Positions 39,320-50,000 of a stretch of DNA of 64,000 nucleotides are shown piece after piece. The translations under genes and the position numbers were made by a program. The first letter of the stretch is position 1. Each line of letters opens with the position of its first letter. Under the pieces are notes generated by a model, which was given only the letters and a program-made list of their open reading frames with translations, searched no databases and was not told the origin of the DNA. Origin of the DNA: an uncultured bacterium (lineage in GTDB: Bacteria > Chloroflexota > UBA5177 > JANWHV01); assembly GCA_963827235.1 (NCBI GenBank), contig CAWHAE010000009.1, positions 288,001 through 352,000 of the forward strand, read 5' to 3'.

Positions 39320-41827
39320 TCAGCGCGCTGCGCCCTGCCGGTGCATGCGGGCGTGCAGGGCGGCCATCGCCTCATGGAAGGGTCGCTCCAGATATGCCTG
39401 GTGATCCGCTTCACCATGCGCATGCGTGATGCGGTGCGATGGCTCCTGCCGGCTGCGGGTGCGAATATACTCGAGGCTGCCCTCGAGCAGCGTCAGCATA
39501 TAGGTCGCCACCTGGGCATCGTGGAGCCACCAGTCTCCACCTACCGCGATGTAGATCGGTGACGTATGGGCCATGATGCCCCGTTGCCAGCAGTCGAAAT
39601 GGCGGACCGCGTCGACGTAGCCAGGTCCACCCACCCGCGCCGCTAGCCAGGTATGGCTGCTGATGGTGAGACGGGTCCTCAGGCAGAGCCGGCGCGCGCC
39701 GCCCGCCTGCTCGGTCACCGCCACCACGCGACCCTGTTGCACGATCTCCAGTCGGTGCATAGGGAGGATCGACTCCGCCCAGGCCTTTACCTCCACTGTG
39801 CCGCCGTTCCCTGGCAGGGCGATACTGTCGCCAATCTGGTACCCGTCCACCGTGAAATCGAGGATCGGGCCCCCACTGTGGAAGGTGCGCCCGGCCCGCA
39901 GATTGCGGCACCAGCTCTCATAGCTGAACTCCTCGTCGGGGATGCGCACGTACGTGCGATAGAGCCCCACCGGCACGTCCGCCGACATCTTGTCGGTCCC
40001 GCCGACTAGCGGCAGCCGATAGCCGCAATTGAGATAGCGGTAGTACTCCAGGTGCTCGTACAGCCCGCACGTGGTCATCTCCAGCGCATCGGCGCGACCG
40101 GTGGCGATCAGGGCCGCCGGCTCGCCGTTGGGCTCCGGCGCGTGCGGAACGACCACGGTCCCACCCTGCTGGTGGCACTGGTCGGCCCAGTACGCCAGGG
40201 TGGTCTCCAGCGTGCCGCCCATCTCTGCTTCCTCCGGCCCGTCGGAGCACCAGGGCAGCACCGGTTCCCGCAAGCCGAGCAGCGAGAGGTGCCCCAGCAT
40301 GTGCTGACGGTTCTCCTGCGATGCGTAGACGATGGTCCTCCCATCGGCCGAGTGAAGCGGTCGCCCGATAAACTCCTCGGTGCTGGTGAATAGGTGGCCC
40401 CACTGCGACTGCAGGAGGTTGACCACGTTCAGGTCCTCGCCGCGCGCCTCCGTCTGCGCTCCGATCGTCGAGAGGAAGTGTACGTGGGTGTCGCCGCTAA
40501 AGTAGCCGCGCGCGTTCATGTCGCACCAGCGCCGGAGCCGCAGCTGCAAGCGCTGCTGGCCCGGCTCGATGCGCACGGACGTGCGAAGCGGCTCATACTC
40601 GAAGCCGCGGGCGACGTCGACCATCACCTCGCCGCGCGGCAGCCAGCCTTCACAGCGGCCGTCGATGTAGGCGTAGGTCGCCTGCCCAAGCTGGACATCA
40701 CCGCCTATGTCGATGTGCCAGGTGCCCATGCCGCCGTTCAGGTGGGCGTGGTGGCCGTACGGCGCATAGGGTACCCCGTCGGCCGAGCGAAAGTGGATAC
40801 GGCACGGAACGGGTAGGCCGGTGGCATCGTCGACGACTTCGGTCCGCACCCAATTGCGCCCCGCATCCGTGATCGCGACCTGCAGGCGGGGTGACGGGGT
40901 CAGACTCCCTACACGCTCCAGGTCGGCCCAGCACACTCGGCCTAGCTCCTCGTCGCGTAGGGTGACCCGCAGGATAGCGGACGGCGTAGCAGCTACCCGC
41001 ACGTAGGCGGGGCTGCTGCCCGGGTTCACCGGGACCCCAAAGCCGGGCAGCGCGGAGCCCACGGAAGTGCCGGCGGTCTCGGCGGGCAGAGCGTAGGGAA
41101 AGCCGGCGATGCCACGATCGACCTGCACGCCAAGGGCGAACGGCTGCGCGGCATCGGTAGCCTGTGGCAGGGTGATGGTGACTGTAGTGGCGCCACGACG
41201 GCAGAACGGCTCCTCCGCCAGATGCCCCAGCGTCACCGCTGCCAGCAGAAAATCCGGGCCGGCCGGCTCGACCATAAGGCGGCGGATCGGGCGCTCTGGC
41301 TGTGGATTGGACCAAGCCCACAGATAGTACGCGAGTGGACGGCTCTGCTCCACCTCGGTCAGCCGCGCGCCGGCATCGCCCCAGGACCCGGCAGAGCGGG
41401 CGGGCAAGCCGTCGGGCCGATCGGGCACAGCCAGGAAGGGTAGCTGGCCCCAGCGCGTCGGTACCGTGGCAATCTCGAAGCGCTCGCGGATCGGCAGACG
41501 GGTGCTGCCGCCGTCGGCAAACTCGATGACGTAGTGGGCGACGATCTCGCCCAACGGCCCGCCCGCCAACAGGTGCGAAGCCAGTAGTCGATGAACGAAT
41601 AGCACGTGCCGGGCGGTCCGGTCGCCGACCGGGATGGCAAGAGCCGGCGCGCTGCCATCCAGCCGGACCAGGCAAGCGCCGCCACTGCCGCTCGACGGCC
41701 CGATCTGAAACGGGATCCCATGGAAGGCCTGCAGGCCGGTGGGGAGTCTGTCCGCGCTCGCCAGGCAGTCCGCGCCGGCGTTGCAGACGGCTGATAGGTC
41801 AACCGGGGAATAGTCGGCTTCGACCAT
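39320..41827 (-). CDS. CehA/McbA-family (PHP-like) metallohydrolase
   Basis: RGFEY, SGDTHVH, QENR..LGH, GGTD, GRTF..GP, AHTSPIY; GGAGG before ATG 41827. Confidence 0.8.
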   Translation of the reverse strand: MVEADYSPVDLSAVCNAGADCLASADRLPTGLQAFHGIPFQIGPSSGSGGACLVRLDGSAPALAIPVGDRTARHVLFVHRLLASHLLAGGPLGEIVAHYVIEFADGGSTRLPIRERFEIATVPTRWGQLPFLAVPDRPDGLPARSAGSWGDAGARLTEVEQSRPLAYYLWAWSNPQPERPIRRLMVEPAGPDFLLAAVTLGHLAEEPFCRRGATTVTITLPQATDAAQPFALGVQVDRGIAGFPYALPAETAGTSVGSALPGFGVPVNPGSSPAYVRVAATPSAILRVTLRDEELGRVCWADLERVGSLTPSPRLQVAITDAGRNWVRTEVVDDATGLPVPCRIHFRSADGVPYAPYGHHAHLNGGMGTWHIDIGGDVQLGQATYAYIDGRCEGWLPRGEVMVDVARGFEYEPLRTSVRIEPGQQRLQLRLRRWCDMNARGYFSGDTHVHFLSTIGAQTEARGEDLNVVNLLQSQWGHLFTSTEEFIGRPLHSADGRTIVYASQENRQHMLGHLSLLGLREPVLPWCSDGPEEAEMGGTLETTLAYWADQCHQQGGTVVVPHAPEPNGEPAALIATGRADALEMTTCGLYEHLEYYRYLNCGYRLPLVGGTDKMSADVPVGLYRTYVRIPDEEFSYESWCRNLRAGRTFHSGGPILDFTVDGYQIGDSIALPGNGGTVEVKAWAESILPMHRLEIVQQGRVVAVTEQAGGARRLCLRTRLTISSHTWLAARVGGPGYVDAVRHFDCWQRGIMAHTSPIYIAVGGDWWLHDAQVATYMLTLLEGSLEYIRTRSRQEPSHRITHAHGEADHQAYLERPFHEAMAALHARMHRQGAAR

Positions 41828-41985
41828 CGCTGGCACCTCCTGTGGCCTACACGCTACTTCTGCTAGAGTAGCACGTGGACACGGCACAGCCTGCCGCCAG
41901 CGTGTGTGGGCACCTCAGGTTGCAGGGCGGGTGAATCATGCATCACACCACACGCGATACTCCTCAGCCATGGGCGAACCTCGCC

Positions 41986-43532
41986 TCACAGTGCGCCGGC
42001 CTCATCCATGGTCATGGCACGCCCATCCGCCCACGCTGCCTCGAACGCCACGGGGCCCAACGCCGCGCGGAGCGCCGTGACGGCGGTTTCAATGCGGGGG
42101 CGTTCGTTCGGCGGCAGACGGAGTCCGATGATCTCTCGACCGGCCTCGTGCAGGGCCGCTTCCTCGGCCAGCAGGAGGTAGTAGTGCGCGTGCGCGCGTT
42201 GCGCGGCAGCCAGAGCACCGCCGCTATCGAGCCGTTCAAGCCCGAGCTCGCGAATTGTCTCCAGCATGCCGATACGCGTCTCGCCATCGGCCAACTCGGT
42301 GCGCTACACCAGGCTCTTCTCCACCAGGGAGTGGAGTCCCGCCAGCACATCGCCGGTGTGGGCGTCCGTTGCCCTGACCAGCGCGGCGACCGCTTCCGGC
42401 GCGCAGCCGCTGCTGAATACGCTCAGGAGCTGGAAGAGCGTCTGCTCGCCTGGATCGAGTAGCTCGTAGCTCCAGGCGATCGTGGCGCGCATTGTCTGCT
42501 GGCGTGCAGGAAGGTCGCGCGCCCCCGATCAGTACGTCGAGCCGTCGCTCCAGCCGCGCCAGCAGCGCGTGGGGCGAGTACAGGCGGACCTGGGCAGCAG
42601 CCAGCTCCAGGGCCAGCGGCAGTCCTTCCAGACGCGAGCAAACCGCGGCCACCGTGGCGGCGTTGGCCGGAGTGATTGCGAAGTCCGGGTGGTGCGCGCT
42701 CCGCGAAGAGGGCTAGCGAAGGATAGCGCGCAAGGACGTCGAGCGGCGGCAGGTGCTGCAGGTCGGGCAGCGGCAGCGGGGCACCGGAACCTCGCGTTCC
42801 CCGCGCAGACGCAGAGCGGCACTGCTCGTGACCAGCACGTGCAGACCGGTACAGACTTCGAGCAAGCGTGCCAGCTCGGGGCCGGCAGGCAGCAGGTGCT
42901 CAAAGTTGTCCAGCACCAACAGGAGCTGCTTGGCGCGCAGCTGGCACGCCAGCTCCTCGACCACGGGGCCATTGCTTTCCACGCGCAAGCCTACACTCTG
43001 CGCCAGCACGGCCGGCAGCAACGCTGGGTCCTGCAGGCCCGCCAGGGGGACAAACACCACGCCGCCGGCGTAGGCCCGGGCAAGTCCCGCTGCGGCGGCC
43101 AGCGCCAGCCGTGTCTTGCCCACTCCGCCAGGGCCCGTCAGCGTGATCAGCCGAGCTCTCGACGGCCCAGCCGGCTCCAGGAGCAGGAGGTCGGTCAGGC
43201 CCTGAAGCTCCGTCTCGCGACCGAGCAGCGGGGTCAACGGCATCGGCAAGGTATCGCGAGGGCCGTCATGCGTGCCGGAACGCGCCGGTCCCGCGCCACG
43301 CCGCTGGCACTCGGCCACGAACGCGATCTGCTGCTGTCCGGACAGGCCCAGGGCGGCAGCCAGCCGCAGGGCACTCTCACGTTGCGGTGAGCGATTGATG
43401 CCGCGTTCCAGATCGCTGATACCGCGTACGCTGAGTCCGGCCCGTTCCGCCAGCGCTTCCTGAGACACACCGGCCTCCAGGCGGTACCGGTCGCAGCACG
43501 TCGCCGAACGATCCGTGCGCTGTGCCGGTCAT
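41986..43532 (-). pseudogene. Frameshifted XRE-HTH + NB-ARC regulator with the TPR region deleted
   Basis: SQEALAERAGLSVRGISDLERG, GPGGVGKT, LDNFEH, LEGLPLALELAAA, WSYELL and MLETIRE lie in different frames. Confidence 0.85.
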
Positions 43533-43559
43533 GCGCCCAACCTCCCTCCCTCGAGGCGC

Positions 43560-43859
43560 CCGCAGCCCACGTCCCTGGGCAACGGCATGTGCCAGGCGCG
43601 ATCGTTCGCCGACGGGTCCGTGCAGGCACAGATCGCCGTCTACAACACGACCTGCGCCCTTGCCACGGCCACGCTTGGCCCGGGCGCCGACCATGCCCAG
43701 GGCGCGCCGTACACCGTCGCCGGCTTCGTGTGCAAAGCCACCGTCGAAGGTGCCGGCTCCCCCTGGGCCGGGGCCTGGGGCGGCACCTATTACGCCTATA
43801 CCTGTGCCGCCGGCAGCGCTCAAGCCGCCTTCAACTGGGGCCGTCACTACACTTACTGA
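43560..43859 (+). pseudogene. Probable C-terminal fragment of a secreted Cys-containing protein
   Basis: Four Cys and aromatic-rich, with GC3-biased codons; begins immediately behind the XRE RBS with no signal peptide. Confidence 0.35.
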
Positions 43860-43967
43860 GCCGGGGTCACGACGGCCGCTAAATCCGGAGCGCCGCGTGT
43901 GGCGTCGAGGTCGGGCACCGACCAGTGGGGTTGCGGCAAGGACGAGGTCACTTCGAGATAGCTATAG

Positions 43968-44600
43968 CTAGAGTTGCCTGTCATCTCCGGCCATGCCTGC
44001 ACGGTCGTCGCGGCGCCGGTGCCGGAGTCGCTCGACAGCCATTGCCGTCACGATAATACCGAGGAGGATCCAGAAAGCCGCGCGCATGGCCAGCAGCAGG
44101 ACCTGGCTGGCCAGGCGCGGCAGGTTCGTCCAGAACAGCGCGCTAGCCGAGACGATGTGCAGCTGCGCGCTGTCGAAGGTGAGCCACTGCCGGCGAGCCG
44201 GGTAATAGTACTCGACGGTGACCTTGTGCCACCCCAGCTGCTTGAAGCGGTGCGTCACCGCATACCCCTTGGCGACGGCGCCATCGTCGAACACCCAGCG
44301 GAACGGCGTCCGCAGCATCTCGGCCGAGAGCGAGCTCCCTACCTTCGCCACATCCTCGCTCAGGTGCAGGCTGTCGCCCGGTGCTGCCGCCGGCAGCGTG
44401 AACGGCGCCCAGTGAGCAGCATCCACCTGAGAAGGCGTGCCCTCGGTGAGGCTGGCCGTGGTGCCGTTCATCGCGATGGAGGCAATGCCATTCAGGCTGC
44501 AGGCCCGGGCAGTTGCCGCCTGCCCTGCCACCGCCGCGAACGTGAGCAGCACGCACGCCAGCACCCGGCCGGGCGAGAGGCGAGCGACGTGAGCAGTCAT
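43968..44600 (-). CDS. Secreted PKD-domain protein, paralog 1 (with C-terminal TM anchor)
   Basis: Signal ARA|CSLNG, WAPF, FRWVFDDG, THRF..G.HKVTV, C-terminal hydrophobic helix plus Arg tail. Confidence 0.8.
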   Translation of the reverse strand: MTAHVARLSPGRVLACVLLTFAAVAGQAATARACSLNGIASIAMNGTTASLTEGTPSQVDAAHWAPFTLPAAAPGDSLHLSEDVAKVGSSLSAEMLRTPFRWVFDDGAVAKGYAVTHRFKQLGWHKVTVEYYYPARRQWLTFDSAQLHIVSASALFWTNLPRLASQVLLLAMRAAFWILLGIIVTAMAVERLRHRRRDDRAGMAGDDRQL

Positions 44601-44640
44601 GGTCCGAGCTCCTTCGGCGAGGCAACGCAGGTCTTGGCAG

Positions 44641-45132
44641 TCAGGGATGCGTGGCGTGCGGGGCGGGTGCTATGGTGATCGTCACCTGGTCGAAGGCGAT
44701 CCACTGCTTCGTCGGCGGCCAGTACGCCTCGACCACGATGCGCCGGCGGCCCGTGCGGGCATAGGCGTGCTTCACGGTCCAGCCTGTCGCGGTGCTGCCG
44801 TCGCCGAACTCCCACCGCCACGGCCGCTGCATCGCGGCCGGGACGAGTGACTTTACCACCTCGTTCCGAATCTCGGTGAATACGATCGCGCGCTCGGCGC
44901 CGTAGCCGTTTGGTAGCGAGAACGGCGCATACGTCAGGAGCTGCGCCGACGTCGTGGGCGGATCGGTCGTCAGCTGATCGAGGCGGCCGTCGGCGGTCAG
45001 CGAGGGCACGTTGTCCAGCGAGCAGGCGCCGGCGCGGCCAACGGAGAGCAGCGATCCTATGGCCAGGACGGCCGCGATGACAGCCGTAGAGATGAGCGTG
45101 TGTCGCCGGGTGCCGGCTCCCAGGTTCTTCAC
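44641..45132 (-). CDS. Secreted PKD-domain protein, paralog 2
   Basis: GTG 45132; signal AGA|CSLDN, YAPF, WRWEFGDG, KHAY. Confidence 0.8.
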   Translation of the reverse strand: MKNLGAGTRRHTLISTAVIAAVLAIGSLLSVGRAGACSLDNVPSLTADGRLDQLTTDPPTTSAQLLTYAPFSLPNGYGAERAIVFTEIRNEVVKSLVPAAMQRPWRWEFGDGSTATGWTVKHAYARTGRRRIVVEAYWPPTKQWIAFDQVTITIAPAPHATHP

Positions 45133-45136
45133 CTGC

Positions 45137-46279
45137 TCATGCCTCGAGCAGCGCCCGGATGGTGGTGACGACACGCGACGGCAAGAACGGCACGTCATAA
45201 TAGGCGCGCAGCCGGCCTGCCGGGTCGATCAGGAACAGTCCGGCCTGGTGCACGATCGCGGTCGTCGGCTTGAAAATGGGCGGAGGCGCTTCCACGTCGA
45301 CCCCATAGGCGCTCCATATGCGAGACAGCACGGGTCGCGGGGCGGTCAGGTAGTGCCAGTCGCCGCCCGGCCAGCCTGCATCCCGCGCGAATTGCGCCGT
45401 CGCGCCGGGGCTATCCAGCTCAGGCTCCACGCTGACCGCTACGATGCTCAGCCTGGACGCATCCTTGCCCAGGTCGTTCCGCACCAGGGTGAGGGCCTTG
45501 CCCACCAGCGGGCATTGCTCCTTGCACAGTGCACTGATGAACGTCAGCGCCACCACCCTGCCGCGCAGTTGCTCGGGCGTGATCAGCGTGCCGTGCTGAT
45601 CGCGCAGGGCAAAGGGGTGGGCTACCGCGGCGGGCCGATACACCGCGTCGGCGGCGATGGCCGGCGCACCTCGCTGTGCCGGCTGGTCGGCGACCAGCGA
45701 CGGCTGGAGGAGCGTGGTGCAGCTCGGGCACTGAATGGCTCCGATCTGCGCCATGCCGTCGCGCACGGTGCCGGCGTCCAGCGGCCCGACCCACTCCGCC
45801 TGCAGACGTCCTGCCTCGTTGATGAAGAAGCTGGTAGGCCGCGCGCCTACGTCATAGGACCACGCCACGCTCTGTCGCGCATCCACGCCGACGGCATAGG
45901 GGATATGGGCCGCGCGGACGAATGCGCGAGCGGACGCGACTGTGTCGCCGCCGGTGGCCACGCCGACCACGCGGATACCCTCCGCCTGGTAGGCGTGCAC
46001 CGCCTGGCGCAACACGGGCAGCTCGTCGAGACAGTCCGCACACTGCGTGTTGAAGAAGTTCAACAGCACGGGATGACCGCGGAATGCGCGCAGCGAGACG
46101 CCGGCACCCGCACCGGAGGCCTGGGGGAGTGTGAAATCGGGCGCCGGCGGGACCAACGCGGCCGGTGCCTGGTGGGCCGCGAACGCCACCACGCCCCCAA
46201 GTGAGGCCACACAGACGACCATCACCGCCGCGAAAACGCGAAGGCGCGTCCCGCGCAAGCGTCGTAGCCAACCAATCAT
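45137..46279 (-). CDS. TlpA/redoxin - SCO1/SenC fusion
   Basis: APDFTL, LLNFFNTQCADC..ELP, RPTSFFI; SCO CKEQCP, WHYLT, VHQAGLFLIDPAG. Confidence 0.88.
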   Translation of the reverse strand: MIGWLRRLRGTRLRVFAAVMVVCVASLGGVVAFAAHQAPAALVPPAPDFTLPQASGAGAGVSLRAFRGHPVLLNFFNTQCADCLDELPVLRQAVHAYQAEGIRVVGVATGGDTVASARAFVRAAHIPYAVGVDARQSVAWSYDVGARPTSFFINEAGRLQAEWVGPLDAGTVRDGMAQIGAIQCPSCTTLLQPSLVADQPAQRGAPAIAADAVYRPAAVAHPFALRDQHGTLITPEQLRGRVVALTFISALCKEQCPLVGKALTLVRNDLGKDASRLSIVAVSVEPELDSPGATAQFARDAGWPGGDWHYLTAPRPVLSRIWSAYGVDVEAPPPIFKPTTAIVHQAGLFLIDPAGRLRAYYDVPFLPSRVVTTIRALLEA

Positions 46280-46442
46280 GACGGGTCGTCCCTTTGTATC
46301 GGGCAGCGCTTGTGTGGGGCTCTGATCCGCAATATAGCAGGTTCCCGCTTGCTATGCTTGTCATGTCGCGCCGCCCCCGCCCGTGGGGTGGCGCCGGGCG
46401 CTTGCAGCGCAGCCGCTCGTGCCGTAGTGTGAGGTCAGGTGT

Positions 46443-46925
46443 ATGGGTATGGGTGTGCGCGAGAGGAGAGAAGCGTTGGCACGGTCTGCGTGGCAACCGG
46501 CTGCAGTGATTGGTTGTGTGGCAGTGCTGCTGATCGCGTCGGGACTGCGCTCCGTGGCCGCCTGCGACATCGACGGCCTGCCGTCATTGACGGTCGATCA
46601 CACCCTCGTCCTCGTGAACAGCGAGCAGCCGACCAGCCCGGCCACACTCAAAGTCTGGGCGCCGTTCGTCCCGCCCTTCAGCCTGATCGCAACGCGCACC
46701 TATACGTTCGCCGAGATCCGCCAGCGAATTCCCCTGACGCCTGAGGCCTTCGAGAATTCCTGGCGCTGGGCGTTCGGCGACGGGACGCCGCCGGCACGCG
46801 GGGACAGCGTGCGGCACGTCTATCGGCGGCCCGGCGTGTACAGGGTCACCGTCGCTGCCTACTTCCCCTCCCACAAGATCTGGTACACGTTCGACGCTCT
46901 CCAGGTGCGCGTGACGGTGGGCTGA
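46443..46925 (+). CDS. Secreted PKD-domain protein, paralog 3
   Basis: Signal VAA|CDIDG, WAPF, WRWAFGDG, RHVYRRPGVYRVTV. Confidence 0.82.
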   Translation: MGMGVRERREALARSAWQPAAVIGCVAVLLIASGLRSVAACDIDGLPSLTVDHTLVLVNSEQPTSPATLKVWAPFVPPFSLIATRTYTFAEIRQRIPLTPEAFENSWRWAFGDGTPPARGDSVRHVYRRPGVYRVTVAAYFPSHKIWYTFDALQVRVTVG

Positions 46926-47046
46926 CCCCGGCCCGGCCACCACGCCTGAGCGCGCGCGAACCGGGCCGGGTGGGCTCCCGGCGGCGAGCCGGACCCGCTC
47001 GAGGTCACCGGTACGCGCGGACGTTATCGCCTGCGATGAGCGCATC

Positions 47047-50000
47047 TCAGGGATTGTCGACGGCCGCTTCGTTCGAGCCCACGGGCGATGGCACTACGGC
47101 CACCACGCGATTGTCTGCCGTGCGGATGATCGTCACGGCGTTGCCGCCGATGCTGGCCACGTAGACGTACTTGCCGTCCGCCGTCACGTCGGGCCCGTGC
47201 GGCTGTGCCGCCACCGGGATCGTGGCGATCACCTTGCGCCGCGCGGCGTCGATCGCGCTCATCTCGTTGCCGAGCTGGTCGGCCACATACACCGTGCGCC
47301 CATCCGGCGCGGCCACCAGCAGCGCCGGTCCCTTGCCTACCGGAATGGTCGCCACCACGCGCAGGGTGCGCTCGTCGATCACCGACACATTGCCGGCAGT
47401 CTGGTTGGCCACCCAGACTTCGTGACGAGGCCCATCCACGGCCACGCCGTAGGCGCCCGGCGCGGTGATCACGGTGCGCCCCGGCCTGAGCGTGGTGGTG
47501 TCGACGGTGTAGACCCAGGCACCGCCGGCGCAGGCCACATACAGGGTCTTGCCATCCTCCGCGATGTCGATGCCGTGCGGCTCGAAACACGTGCCGTCGG
47601 GGAACTCGATCTGCCGGCTCGTGCCGGTCCTCAGATCGAGCACGGAGAGATCGTTGGAGCGGAAGTTGGTGACGAAAGCGCGCCGGCGATCGGGCGTGAA
47701 CACCACGTGGGCCGGCCCAAGTCCCACGGCAAAGGTGCGCACTACCCGCATGCCGCGCAGATCGATCTGCGTCACCGTGCCGGGATCGGCGCCGAAGTTG
47801 GTGACGAAGGCATACGGTGTGCCGTCGAGCACGTCCACGCCGTGCGCTTGCGCGCCCGTGTGCAGGATGGACCCGCCCAGCTTGCGGACGCCGTTGGAGC
47901 CCATCTCCGTCACCAGCACCGTGTAGGGCAGAGCGCGGGCAACAGCCAGGTTATAGGCCTGGCTCAGATTCGCCGAGCGCGCCGGCAGGCCGGCGGGGTT
48001 CGTGCCGGTTTGCGCTGTGAGCAGGTGCATGGGCCCGCTCAGCGGCACATAGTAGGTGAACTGGCGCAACGTGACCCAGGCACCACTCCGCTGCGCCTGA
48101 ATGGTCAGCCCCCAGCGGCCGTTCATCGGCGCGAACGCGTCGCGCACCACCCAGCGACCGCCGCCGAGCGCCGTGGCCGGATAGGTGAGGACGCCCATGT
48201 CCATATCCAGCGACTGCGAAAGCATTCGCACCGCCGAGGCCTGCCCGATGCCGCCTAGCGTGAAGGTGTTGGGCGCGCTGATCAGCCCGGGCGTGGCGAC
48301 AATGCTCACGGCAGCCGAACCGGACTGGTCGAGAAAGGAGGCGCCTGGTCCGGCGATGAACGTGAACGGAAGATCTCGGTACTCGCCGGGATCGTCGCGC
48401 GTACGCACCATCACGTCGGCGCGCCACTGCCCGGCCTGGACGAGGTCGCCGGTCCCGTTGTAGCCGCCGGCAGCCGGCGTGGTCTCCACGAAGGTGTAGC
48501 CCAGTGATGATTGGCCCGGCACGCTCAATCGGATGCGCACCTGGCCGTCGGTCACCTTCCGGCCGCGCTCGGCCACGAGCACGCGAAACGTCGTGCTGCC
48601 TAGGGCCGGCGGCCTGATCGTCAGCGTCGCCTGCAACACGCCCGCTGTAGCACTGCCCGTGATCGCGCCCGGCACCGGTACCGAGGGCGTGGCCGGAGCC
48701 ACGGGCGTGCCGGTCGTCGAGACCACGCTGCTGAACACCGCGGCCGCCGGGGCCGTCTGCCCCATCAGTGCCACGCACAACAGGATGAGGGCGCCGAGCG
48801 CCGGCTCGATGCGCAGGCGCAGGGCAAGCGATGCATACCCGCGTTCGGCCGCCGGTGAGTCGGCCGGCAACCCGCGCAGTCGGGGACGGGTGACAAACAC
48901 GTGGGAAGCGCTCAGCAGCACGATCACACCGATCAGTGCCAGCTTGACCAGCAGAAACCGGCCGTACAGAGTACCGGCGAGTTGATCGAAGCTACCAAGG
49001 TGCACCTGGGCGTTGAACATGCCGGTCACGGCAGCCGCGGCCACCGCGATGTACGCGGCAGGCGAGAAACGGTCCAGCAGGTGCAGGAAGGCTCGCCGGA
49101 GAGCAGACCCGGCCCGGTCGCCGGCCGCCAATGCGTGGAGCGCCGGCAGCAGGGCCAGGGCGATCGCCGCCATGCCGCCGACCCAGACGGCCATGGCGAT
49201 CAGGTGCAGCCAGTCAAGCAGCACGGAAGTGGCCACCATTTGCTGCACCGATGCGGCGTGCCCGGAGAAGGCCAGAGCCAGCAAGTAGGCCAAGCCCAGC
49301 GCGGCGGCGGTCCAGCCGGCCAGGACGCTTGGCTCACCGGCCGCCGCTCTGCCGGGCACCTGACCGCTCGCCGATCCGCGACGCGCGCCCACGACCTCAG
49401 CACGCAGATAGCGGCTCATGCCGGTGACCAGGCGTGATGCCCGGCCGGCCGGGGCGCCGCTGAGAACCAAGAGCGTCACGAAGGCCAGCAGCATGCGTGC
49501 CAGCCAGTAGGTGCCATAGCGCGCGCTCAGGATGGCGTCCAGCGTGTTCGCCGACACCATGCCGCTCCAGCCGCCGGCGCCGTAGGCCTGCGTCTCCAGC
49601 TCCAGCAGCGACGTCACCAGCGCAGCCAGCAGGCCCAGGCGCGCCGTCAGTACACAGCGACGCCCGGCAGCCCTGCAGAGCGAGGCCACCGCGCCTTGAC
49701 GCGTCGCCCGTGTCGACGGGAACAGCACCAGGATCTGCAGTGCCAGGGCCCCGGTCCAGAGCGCCGACGCCGCCAGCACCAGCCAGTGCGCCAGAGCCGC
49801 GGCCACCGCCGGGCCGTCGAGCGTAGGGTTTTGGGGCGCGGCGATGGCGCCCGAGGCGGCGCTCGGCGCCACGGCGCCGCTGCCGCCGGCAGTGAAGGTG
49901 TAGAAGCCGTGCAGCACGTGGCCGTCCAGCGCCGAGTCGCTGGTCCAGTAGACCGAGTAAACCCCATCGGGGAGCGCTGCCAGCCTCACATCTAGCTGTT

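Noticed and set aside
46280-46442. CsoR/CueR operator in the copper cluster
   Set aside because: Only a weak ATAGCAGG/CTTGCTAT inverted repeat; no TACC..GGTA-type site and no cognate regulator nearby
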